This document shows, in pieces, positions 1 through 6,546 of a stretch of DNA of 17,125 nucleotides (positions are counted from its first letter, which is position 1; each line of letters begins with the position of its first letter). Source of the DNA: Thermotogota bacterium (GTDB lineage Bacteria > Thermotogota > Thermotogae > Petrotogales > Petrotogaceae); assembly GCA_051748045.1 (NCBI GenBank), contig JBNJGY010000044.1:1-17125 (forward strand). The letters run 5' to 3'. Position numbers and translations under genes: made by a program. The notes under the pieces were generated by a model that was not told the DNA's origin, did not search any database, and was given only the letters and a program-made list of their open reading frames with translations.

Positions 1-31
1 TGTTGGAAGATGGATGTTGGAGGTTGGAAGT
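1..31. repeat. Degenerate heptamer tandem repeat (nGwTGGA)x4+, probably truncated by the window edge
   Basis: TGTTGGA(1-7) AGATGGA(8-14) TGTTGGA(15-21) GGTTGGA(22-28) AGT, read directly. Confidence 0.75.
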
Positions 32-58
32 AAAAACAAGAGCTAAAAACCTTTACAG

Positions 59-88
59 CTGTCATGTCAAGCTTAGTCGAAATGACAG
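59..88. repeat. Imperfect inverted repeat, possibly a dispersed REP-like element
   Basis: CTGTCAT(59-65) pairs with ATGACAG(82-88), with partial inner pairing (GTCAAGCTTAGTCGAA). No U-tract. Confidence 0.4.
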
Positions 89-177
89 AGGGTATAATTG
101 TTTCACAATTTGCCTAAGGAATAATTCTTCAAAATTCTACATTTTTGGTAGAATATATTGAAAGGGGAGATTTATTA

Positions 178-1164
178 ATGAAAAAAATTTTGTTTAATAC
201 CCATCTTTACCAGGATTTTCCTGAAGTTATTAATAAATTGAAAGATAAATATCCTGATGTTGTGTTTGATTTTGCTGAAAACAAAGAAGAATTAAAGTTA
301 AAGATAGTTGATTCTTCTGCTATAGTTTGGGGACACCCAAAAGAAGAAGTATTAGATTTAGCTAAAAATCTGGAAGTTGTTTTTATACCATTTACTGGGG
401 TTAACAAACTACCATTTGAATATTTAATTAGAAAAAATATTATGGTTTCTAATAATCATGGTAATGGAATAATAGTTGCAGAAAGAGCAGTTTCGTTATC
501 TCTCGCTTTAATGGGGAGAATTGTTGAATTTCACAATGATATGAAAGAGGGAGAATGGCATAGAAGGTATGAATCTAAGAATCCTTTTGATTTGTGGACA
601 TCTCTTCAAAATAAGAATGTTACTATTCTTGGAACAGGAGGTATAGGAAAGAATATCGCAAGACTTTTAAAGGGGTTTAATTGTAAAATTATGGGATATA
701 AAAAGAATATTGATAAAAGAGTTGAAGGGTTTGAATTGATTACTAATGACTTAAAAGAAGCACTTAACTTTGGTGATGTTGTTTACATAGCGTTACCTTT
801 AACAGAAAAGACTAAAGGCATTATTAATTCAGAAAATATAGAGTATTTAAAAGACAAGTTTATTATAAACGTTGCAAGAGGTGAAATTATTGAGGAAGAA
901 GCATTATTTAAGGGTTTATCTGAAGGCCTTTTAAAAGGAGCTGCTATTGACGCTTGGTACAATTATCCTAATTCAGAAAAACCTTATGCCCTACCCTCTA
1001 AATATGATATACATAGGTTTAAAAATATGGTAGTTTCTCCACATGCTGCTTCACATTCTGTGGAAGGGAAAAAATATCAGCTAGAATATACAGTTGAAAA
1101 TATTGATTTTTATTTAAAAAATGGGAAACCAAAAGATATAGTTGATTTGGAAGAAAAATACTGA
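178..1164 (+). CDS. D-isomer-specific 2-hydroxyacid dehydrogenase family protein, NAD(P)-binding
   Basis: Motifs GTGGIG (Rossmann), LPLTEKT, INVARGEII, AAIDAW, SPHAA, and N-terminal TGVNKLP...VSNNHG...VAE. ATG 178 follows SD AGGGGAG and is preferred over TTG 145. Confidence 0.93.
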   Translation: MKKILFNTHLYQDFPEVINKLKDKYPDVVFDFAENKEELKLKIVDSSAIVWGHPKEEVLDLAKNLEVVFIPFTGVNKLPFEYLIRKNIMVSNNHGNGIIVAERAVSLSLALMGRIVEFHNDMKEGEWHRRYESKNPFDLWTSLQNKNVTILGTGGIGKNIARLLKGFNCKIMGYKKNIDKRVEGFELITNDLKEALNFGDVVYIALPLTEKTKGIINSENIEYLKDKFIINVARGEIIEEEALFKGLSEGLLKGAAIDAWYNYPNSEKPYALPSKYDIHRFKNMVVSPHAASHSVEGKKYQLEYTVENIDFYLKNGKPKDIVDLEEKY

Positions 1165-1173
1165 GGTGTTGTT

Positions 1174-1800
1174 ATGATTGAGCTAAAGAATGTATACTTA
1201 TCTTTTGATGACACAGTTTTGTTTGATGGATTTGATTTGGAAGTCAAAGAGAAAGATAAGGTTTTGATTTATGGGAAATCTGGTATAGGAAAATCAAGTA
1301 TTATGAGGATGATTTTGGGTTTTGTTCAGCCAGATAAGGGGAGTGTTTTATACAAAGGTAAAGAGTTAGACAAAAACTCTGTATGGGATCTGAGAGAAAA
1401 CACTGCTTATGTAACTCAAGATAATGATATAACTGGTGGCCTTGTTAAAGATTTTATCTCTGAAATTATGAATTATAAGGCTAATAAAGGTGCTGAGTTT
1501 TCAGAGAGTGAAATCAAAAAATTGTTGGAATATTTTGATTTGGAGAATAAAACTTTGGATAAAGATTTTCAAGATTTATCTGGAGGAGAAAAACAAAGGG
1601 TTTCTATTATTGTTTCAATCTTATTGAACAAAGAATTATATTTACTGGATGAGATAACTTCTTCTTTAGATAATGATATGAAAGCCAAAGTAGTTGATTT
1701 TTTTGTAGATAAATTGGATAAAACACAAATTATTATTTCTCATGATGATCATTGGCTAGAAAAAGATGGATTGAAAATAATAGATTTGGAGGATTTATAA
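1174..1800 (+). CDS. fetA: ABC transporter ATP-binding protein, FetA/YbbL-like
   Basis: Walker A GKSGIGKS, signature LSGGEKQR, Walker B LLDE, H-loop ISHD. Short (208 aa) and coupled to a FetB-like permease. SD GAGGTG overlaps the upstream stop. Confidence 0.85.
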   Translation: MIELKNVYLSFDDTVLFDGFDLEVKEKDKVLIYGKSGIGKSSIMRMILGFVQPDKGSVLYKGKELDKNSVWDLRENTAYVTQDNDITGGLVKDFISEIMNYKANKGAEFSESEIKKLLEYFDLENKTLDKDFQDLSGGEKQRVSIIVSILLNKELYLLDEITSSLDNDMKAKVVDFFVDKLDKTQIIISHDDHWLEKDGLKIIDLEDL

Positions 1801-2588
1801 TGGAAGCAGTTGATATTAGTAATACTGCATTGTTTTTTGCTTATTTACTCTTGATAGTTCCAATAGCCATTTCTTATATTTTGAAATTGGATATAATAAA
1901 GAATATATTTATATCGGTATTTAGAATGTCAACACAACTTTTTATTATGGCAATTATTCTCGAATATCTTTTTACTTGGGATATTAAGATTTTGAATATA
2001 GTATGGCTTATGTTTATGATAGGATTTGCAGCTTTTTCTGTTATCAGAGAATCAAGTTTGAAAATAAAAAAATTTATTGTACCAGTATTTTCATCTATGA
2101 TTTTAGCTAATATAGTGGTTTTACTTTATTTTAATTTTTTTATTTTAAATTTAGAAGATGTTCTTCAAGCAAGACATTTTGTTGTTATAGGCGGTATGCT
2201 TCTGGGAAATGCTTTGAGAGGAAATATAATTGGAATTGGTAATTTTTACAAATCTATAGAGAGAAATAAAAACAGATATCTTTTTGCTTTGGGAAATGGC
2301 GCTAGTATTTATGAAGCTGTTTTTCCATATTTTAAACAGTCATTTAAAGATGCGATTAAACCAACTGTTGCGAGCATGGCTACTATAGGTGTAGTTTTTC
2401 TTCCTGGAATGATGACAGGGCAAATTCTTGGAGGAGCTGATCCTTCAACAGCTATAAAGTATCAAATAGCTATAATGCTTGCTATATTTTTATCTGTTTC
2501 TTTGTCCGTTTTGTTCACTATTCTATTAACAGTAAAAGCCAGTTTTAATGATTTTGGTATTCTTAAAAAAGATATTTTTAAAAAATAA
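1800..2588 (+). CDS. fetB: ABC transporter permease, FetB/YbbM (UPF0014) family
   Basis: Family motifs RMxxQL, GMLLGN, LGNGAS, GVVFLPGMMTGQILGGADP..AIKYQI, and several hydrophobic helices. ATG 1800 overlaps the fetA stop (TAATG) with SD GGAGG. Confidence 0.9.
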   Translation: MEAVDISNTALFFAYLLLIVPIAISYILKLDIIKNIFISVFRMSTQLFIMAIILEYLFTWDIKILNIVWLMFMIGFAAFSVIRESSLKIKKFIVPVFSSMILANIVVLLYFNFFILNLEDVLQARHFVVIGGMLLGNALRGNIIGIGNFYKSIERNKNRYLFALGNGASIYEAVFPYFKQSFKDAIKPTVASMATIGVVFLPGMMTGQILGGADPSTAIKYQIAIMLAIFLSVSLSVLFTILLTVKASFNDFGILKKDIFKK

Positions 2589-2590
2589 AA

Positions 2591-2614
2591 GAGCGTATCT
2601 CTTCAGATACGCTC
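2591..2614 (-). terminator. Intrinsic terminator between convergent genes
   Basis: Perfect 10-bp stem GAGCGTATCT-CTTC-AGATACGCTC. The A-run at 2581-2590 gives a U-tract on the minus strand; it may also serve fetB. Confidence 0.8.
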
Positions 2615-2642
2615 ACACCTAATAACTTTTACATATACCTAA

Positions 2643-3008
2643 TCAAAGAAAAGCTGGCTTTCCTATATAATTGTATAATGGTACATCAAGAATCATACTA
2701 TTTCCGTCGTTTATTACTTCTATATCTTCATCAAGACTGAAATATCTTCCTTTTTTGTCTTCTAAAACTATTTTTTTATCCTCTAATTTTTCTATTTCGT
2801 TAAAAAGTTCACTTTTTTTGAAACATTTAAAATAGTTTTGTTCTGAAAGAACAATAAAATCATCTTCAACTCTAACTTGATCAGGGCAAATGAAACATTC
2901 ATTGTCGTTTACTCCGTTGTGGCAATCAGTCAAAACAAAGTGGATAGTAAAATCTTCGTCGGCTACAAAATTTTCTTTTAAAAAAATCATGAAATCGCTT
3001 TTTTTCAT
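2643..3008 (-). CDS. Hypothetical acidic protein, 121 aa, 4 Cys (C-x8-CxxCP...C)
   Basis: ORF with SD GAGGGGG, a consensus promoter upstream and a terminator downstream. No family recognised. Confidence 0.8.
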   Translation of the reverse strand: MKKSDFMIFLKENFVADEDFTIHFVLTDCHNGVNDNECFICPDQVRVEDDFIVLSEQNYFKCFKKSELFNEIEKLEDKKIVLEDKKGRYFSLDEDIEVINDGNSMILDVPLYNYIGKPAFL

Positions 3009-3064
3009 ATTATATTCCCCCTCATTATTTTTTTGTGAATAAAATAACTTATCTTTTCATTTAG

Positions 3065-3094
3065 ATTATATACTAAAAAATGACTTTGTGTCAA
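3065..3094 (-). promoter_or_regulatory. Sigma70-type promoter TTGACA-N18-TATAAT for the 2643-3008 gene
   Basis: Plus-strand TGTCAA 3089-3094 and ATTATA 3065-3070 are perfect minus-strand hexamers 18 bp apart. Confidence 0.7.
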
Positions 3095-3103
3095 ATTTAA
3101 CAA
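3086..3103. promoter_or_regulatory. Rex-like operator candidate overlapping the -35 box
   Basis: TTGTGTC-AAAT-TTAACAA, 11/14 match to TTGTGAA-N4-TTCACAA. Confidence 0.35.
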
Positions 3104-3173
3104 AGAGGAGAAAAACCAACTTAATTAACAATAATTGTCTTTAAATGGATATAATTGATTATATAATATATTT

Positions 3174-3191
3174 TTGTTAAAAACATCACAA
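3174..3191. promoter_or_regulatory. Rex-like operator candidate
   Basis: TTGTTAA-AAAC-ATCACAA, 12/14 match to TTGTGAA-N4-TTCACAA. Confidence 0.45.
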
Positions 3192-3252
3192 AAAGTAAAA
3201 TTTTGATTAAATTTTTTGTGATGTAATGGTTAACTAGAATCATTGAAAAAAG

Positions 3253-3261
3253 TGATATAAT
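3253..3261 (+). promoter_or_regulatory. Extended -10 promoter element
   Basis: TGATATAAT (TGnTATAAT) 20 nt upstream of ATG 3282. Confidence 0.6.
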
Positions 3262-3281
3262 ATTAATATGAGGTGATTTTT

Positions 3282-3857
3282 ATGGTAGATTCAGTTAATC
3301 CTGAATTATCTAATCCATATTTGGGTTATGGTTTAGACCCAGGAGAAAGAGGTCTTTCTTTATCTTCTCCAGCATCTATGAGTATTATGAGAGTTGCTTC
3401 TCACGAAGCAAGGAATATAGCACAATTCAAAAATAAAGCCGCTCAAGAAGGCGGTGTAGTTCTTTATACCGATATTGATCTAACTCTTAAAAAAAGAGGG
3501 AGTTATTTAGCTGCTGTAGCAGGAAAGTCTACTGCAGTTATTCTTTATAGGAAAGATGCAGAAGAAGCAAGAAACATTGATGGATATATGGTTTCTTCTC
3601 AGTCACAAAGACAAGATCCAGGCAGTGTAGGTTCAGAAAATGGAGAGGAAGAAAATAAAATAAATTCTAGTAACACTGAGCAAAATGTTGAAGAACAAAT
3701 AGACGATTTAGAAAATAAATTGAGAATTGAAAATGACCCAGAGAAAAGAGAAGAACTGGAACAAAAATTAGAATTGTATAAATTATTGAAAAACTTTTCT
3801 GAAACAGGACTTTCAGCAGATTTTGCAAACGGCTTAAATATAAATTTTTCAGCTTAA
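3282..3857 (+). CDS. Hypothetical protein: N-terminal VASHE motif domain, low-complexity linker, C-terminal coiled coil
   Basis: SD GAGGTG then ATG 3282 (the GTG at 3273 is part of the SD). RVASHEARN loosely recalls SprA-related VRAHE motifs. Ends in GLNINFSA. Confidence 0.8.
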   Translation: MVDSVNPELSNPYLGYGLDPGERGLSLSSPASMSIMRVASHEARNIAQFKNKAAQEGGVVLYTDIDLTLKKRGSYLAAVAGKSTAVILYRKDAEEARNIDGYMVSSQSQRQDPGSVGSENGEEENKINSSNTEQNVEEQIDDLENKLRIENDPEKREELEQKLELYKLLKNFSETGLSADFANGLNINFSA

Positions 3858-3884
3858 ACTTTATAAGTTTAAGCTGAATTTTTT
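3848..3884. terminator. Intrinsic terminator between convergent genes, overlapping the 3857 stop codon
   Basis: 14-bp stem TTCAGCTTAAACTT(3848-3861)/AAGTTTAAGCTGAA(3865-3878) followed by TTTTTT. Confidence 0.75.
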
Positions 3885-4590
3885 ATACTTTCATATATGC
3901 AACTTTTGGTTCGAAATTGAATTTTTTAATTTCCAATTTGTTGAACCCACCAAATTTTTCAAATATTGCTTTTGTTTCTCCAGGCCATAGCTTGTTATTA
4001 ACCTCGTCAAAAACTACTATTCCACCTTTTACAACTCTTGGGAATAAATATTTTAGTGCTATTTTTGTTGGCCTATATAAATCAAAATCTAGAAACAATA
4101 ATGAAATTGAAAGTTGTGGGTTTTTTTCAATATAATCTGGAATTGTTTCTACAGCATCTCCTTTTACTAGGTCTATTTTTGGGAATTTTCCTAAATATCT
4201 ATTTTTATCATAGTTTTTAATTAATTCTTCTAACTCTTTTTTTACATCAAAATTAGGGTTTAATGCATTTTCTTTTAGATTTCTATTTTTCCATTCAGAT
4301 TCGTCTTCTTCATGAGTGTTTGGAAAGCCTTCGAAAGTATCAAAACCAATGACGTTTCTATACAAAGCATAAGGCTCTAATATTGTGGATAATTTAGCCC
4401 ATGCCATTATTCCTCCTCCATGATACACCCCGCATTCAACAATATCTCCTTTTGTGTCTTTTATCATTTTAAAGAGTTCGTATCTTGCTAAAAATCTAGA
4501 AAGAGATTGTCGAGATACAAATTTTTCAAAATTATCCATTTTTTTATTGAAAGTACCACCATAGCTGTTGAAAATTTCTTCTATATTCAT
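3883..4590 (-). CDS. TylF/MycF/NovP-family SAM-dependent O-methyltransferase
   Basis: Motifs GDIVECGVYHGG, GFDTFEGFP, LVKGDAVETIP, LLFLDFDLYRPT, GGIVVFDE, WPGET. SD AAGGAG. Confidence 0.9.
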   Translation of the reverse strand: MNIEEIFNSYGGTFNKKMDNFEKFVSRQSLSRFLARYELFKMIKDTKGDIVECGVYHGGGIMAWAKLSTILEPYALYRNVIGFDTFEGFPNTHEEDESEWKNRNLKENALNPNFDVKKELEELIKNYDKNRYLGKFPKIDLVKGDAVETIPDYIEKNPQLSISLLFLDFDLYRPTKIALKYLFPRVVKGGIVVFDEVNNKLWPGETKAIFEKFGGFNKLEIKKFNFEPKVAYMKV

Positions 4591-4604
4591 TTTTTTGTAC
4601 TCCT

Positions 4605-5288
4605 TTAAAAAAGTCTGTTTTCTTTTTCAGGGATTATATTAGATTTTGAATTGTTTTTTGGTGAATTAATCTTTGTACTAACTTGATAAAGATCTATCTC
4701 TTCACTTTTTTTTGCTGTCAGCATATTTTTTACATAGTCAAAATTATTTTCTGATCTAATCCATTTTTTTGTTTCTTCTTTTTCTAACATAACTGGCATT
4801 CTGTCATGTATTTGTTCTACTTTCTCATTTGGGCTTGTTGTAATTATTGTGCAAGAAGTGATTTTATTTTCTTCGTCGTCGGTCCATATGTCATACAAAC
4901 CTGCAAATGTAAAGGTTTTATCATTTTTTAATTTTATATAATAAGGTATTTTTTGGTTCCCTTCTGTTCTCCATTCATAAAAACCATTTGACACTATAGC
5001 ACATCTTTTGTTTTTTAATAAAGGCTTATATGTTTTTCTTTCTGAAAGAGTTTCCGCTCTTGCATTAATCATTTTATAACCTATTGAGGGGTCATCTGCC
5101 CAGAAGGGTACAAGACCCCATCTAAATTTATTAATAGTTTTTTGAGTATCTTTTTCATAAATAGCTAGTACTTCGTTAGTTGGAGCAATATTATAATTTG
5201 GAGTATAGTCATCTATTAAAGATATGTCTATATCAAAATCTTTTATAATTTGTTCTAAAGGAATATATGTCACGAATCTTCCACACAT
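4605..5288 (-). CDS. yedK: SOS response-associated peptidase (SRAP; YedK/HMCES), abasic-site DNA-protein crosslinking protein
   Basis: N-terminal MCGRF (catalytic Cys2, so start is ATG 5288), YNIAPT, RWGLVP, INARAET, GFYEW, FAGLY, IHDRMPV. Confidence 0.95.
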   Translation of the reverse strand: MCGRFVTYIPLEQIIKDFDIDISLIDDYTPNYNIAPTNEVLAIYEKDTQKTINKFRWGLVPFWADDPSIGYKMINARAETLSERKTYKPLLKNKRCAIVSNGFYEWRTEGNQKIPYYIKLKNDKTFTFAGLYDIWTDDEENKITSCTIITTSPNEKVEQIHDRMPVMLEKEETKKWIRSENNFDYVKNMLTAKKSEEIDLYQVSTKINSPKNNSKSNIIPEKENRLF

Positions 5289-5329
5289 TTTTATCACCTC
5301 TAATAATTATAATTAAAACTCTATTTTAA

Positions 5330-5338
5330 ATTATATCA
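5330..5338 (-). promoter_or_regulatory. Extended -10 promoter element for the SRAP gene
   Basis: Plus-strand ATTATATCA equals minus-strand TGATATAAT. Confidence 0.5.
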
Positions 5339-5424
5339 GAATAAGAAAAATATATAATGATTTCTTGTAATAAAAAAGTAAATGAAAAATCATCTAAAAT
5401 TAAAAAATGATTGCTAAAATAATA

Positions 5425-5581
5425 TAGACAATAATAGTCGGGATTAAATTATCCCATATATTTTTTGAAAAATCAACCCCTTCGAAATTCCCATATAGAT
5501 TATTAAGATTTTTAATTTGTAAAGTATTTCCAATATGTGCTGCTGCGAAATATCCCGTAGATTTCTACGGGATATTTTTTT
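5425..5581 (+). ncRNA. Candidate small RNA or leader RNA of about 155 nt with repeated UCCC motifs
   Basis: Extended -10-like TGCTAAAAT at 5412-5420, repeated TCCCATATA motifs, and a strong terminator with no + strand CDS to terminate. No known family recognised. Confidence 0.4.
5548..5581 (+). terminator. Orphan intrinsic terminator between divergent genes
   Basis: 13-bp stem AAATATCCCGTAG-ATTT-CTACGGGATATTT with a T-run at 5575-5581. Confidence 0.75.
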
Positions 5582-5623
5582 AGCAATTTTTGTCAAGATT
5601 TTTTTATTTTATGTTGATATAAT
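5580..5623 (+). promoter_or_regulatory. Marbox/robbox-like activator site plus extended -10 for the AraC-GyrI gene
   Basis: TTAGCAATTTTTGTCAAGAT (5580-5599) resembles AYnGCACnnWnnRYYAAAYn and ends 18 bp before TATAAT (5618-5623, preceded by TG at 5615-5616). Confidence 0.45.
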
Positions 5624-5647
5624 TTAATTACTCCCGGGGGTGGTTAG

Positions 5648-6502
5648 ATGGCAAGTGAGTATTTGAATGAACTTATAAATTCTATAGAGTTCATAGAAAA
5701 TAATTTAGACAAAAGTTTAAAAATTTCTGATGTTTCAGATTATACTGGGTTTTCACTTTTTCATTTTCATAGAGTTTTTGTTAAAGCTACTGGAGAATCT
5801 ATTAAAGAATATATTTTGAAAAGAAAATTGAGTGAAGCTTCAAAAGAATTGTTGGGCACTAAGAAAAAGATTATAGACATTTCATTTGATTATGGTTATG
5901 AAAATCCTGAAACCTTTTCAAGGTCTTTTAGAAAGTTATTCGGTATTTCACCAAGTCAGTATAGAAAGAATAAAAAAATTATGTTTAGGAAAGAAAGAAT
6001 TGAACCTGAAGTTTTAAAACATTTAATAGGAGGGATTGATATGGAACCTAATGTAATAAATATAGAGCCAAGAAAAATTGTAGGAATGAAATATAAAGGT
6101 AGTATGGGGCATCCAGTTTTAAATGATTTATGGGGAACTGTAAACTCAAGAGTTAATGAAGTTAAAAATATAGTGGGTAATGGTTATGGTTTGAATTTAT
6201 CTGTTGAAGAAAAAGAGGGAGACTTTTTAATTGAATATATAGCTGGTTTTGATGTATCTGATTATGAAAATATTCCTGAAGGAATGGAAAGATATGATTT
6301 ACCAGGAGGCAAGTATTTAGTTTTTGAGCATAAGGGTCATGTTTCAAAAACACCAGATACTTTTGAATATATTTATGGAACTTATTTGCCTAAATCAGAT
6401 TATGAGAAAGATAATTCAAGACCTGATTTTGAATATTATGATCAAGATTTCAACTGTGAAACTGAAGCTGGTAAATTTTATATTTATGTTCCTATAAAAT
6501 AG
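5648..6502 (+). CDS. AraC-family transcriptional regulator with C-terminal GyrI-like effector-binding domain (Rob-like architecture)
   Basis: N-terminal double HTH (FSLFHFHRVF...GYENPETFSRSFRKLFGISPSQYR) and C-terminal GyrI-like domain (LPGGKYLVFEHKG...PDFEYY...IYVPIK). Confidence 0.93.
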   Translation: MASEYLNELINSIEFIENNLDKSLKISDVSDYTGFSLFHFHRVFVKATGESIKEYILKRKLSEASKELLGTKKKIIDISFDYGYENPETFSRSFRKLFGISPSQYRKNKKIMFRKERIEPEVLKHLIGGIDMEPNVINIEPRKIVGMKYKGSMGHPVLNDLWGTVNSRVNEVKNIVGNGYGLNLSVEEKEGDFLIEYIAGFDVSDYENIPEGMERYDLPGGKYLVFEHKGHVSKTPDTFEYIYGTYLPKSDYEKDNSRPDFEYYDQDFNCETEAGKFYIYVPIK

Positions 6503-6508
6503 ATAAAA

Positions 6509-6540
6509 AACGAAGCCATATTCTAGAATATGGCTTCGTT
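6509..6540. terminator. Terminator between convergent araC and htpG (perfect 32-bp palindrome)
   Basis: AACGAAGCCATATTCT|AGAATATGGCTTCGTT. The A-run at 6505-6510 gives a U-tract for htpG. Confidence 0.85.
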
Positions 6541-6546
6541 ATAATT

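Noticed and set aside
1..31. CRISPR array
   Set aside because: Units are 7 nt with no spacers, and there are no cas genes.
91..108. Rex-like box upstream of the dehydrogenase
   Set aside because: Only the right half-site TTCACAA matches (9/14 overall).
207..407. 66-aa minus-strand ORF
   Set aside because: Antisense shadow of the dehydrogenase with no recognisable motif.
3917..4220. Two short plus-strand ORFs (72 and 60 aa)
   Set aside because: Antisense to the well-supported TylF-family gene.
5289..5400. LexA/SOS box upstream of SRAP
   Set aside because: No GAAC-N4-GTTC or CTGT-N8-ACAG seen.
5400..5564. 54-codon open minus-strand frame with a hydrophobic tail (KSTGYF...IIVYIILAIIF)
   Set aside because: No in-frame ATG/GTG/TTG and no SD in position. 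It could be chance or a remnant, so not called as a CDS.
5425..5581. Known riboswitch (c-di-GMP, T-box, SAM, TPP)
   Set aside because: None of the hallmark motifs recognised by eye. An Rfam scan is still needed.
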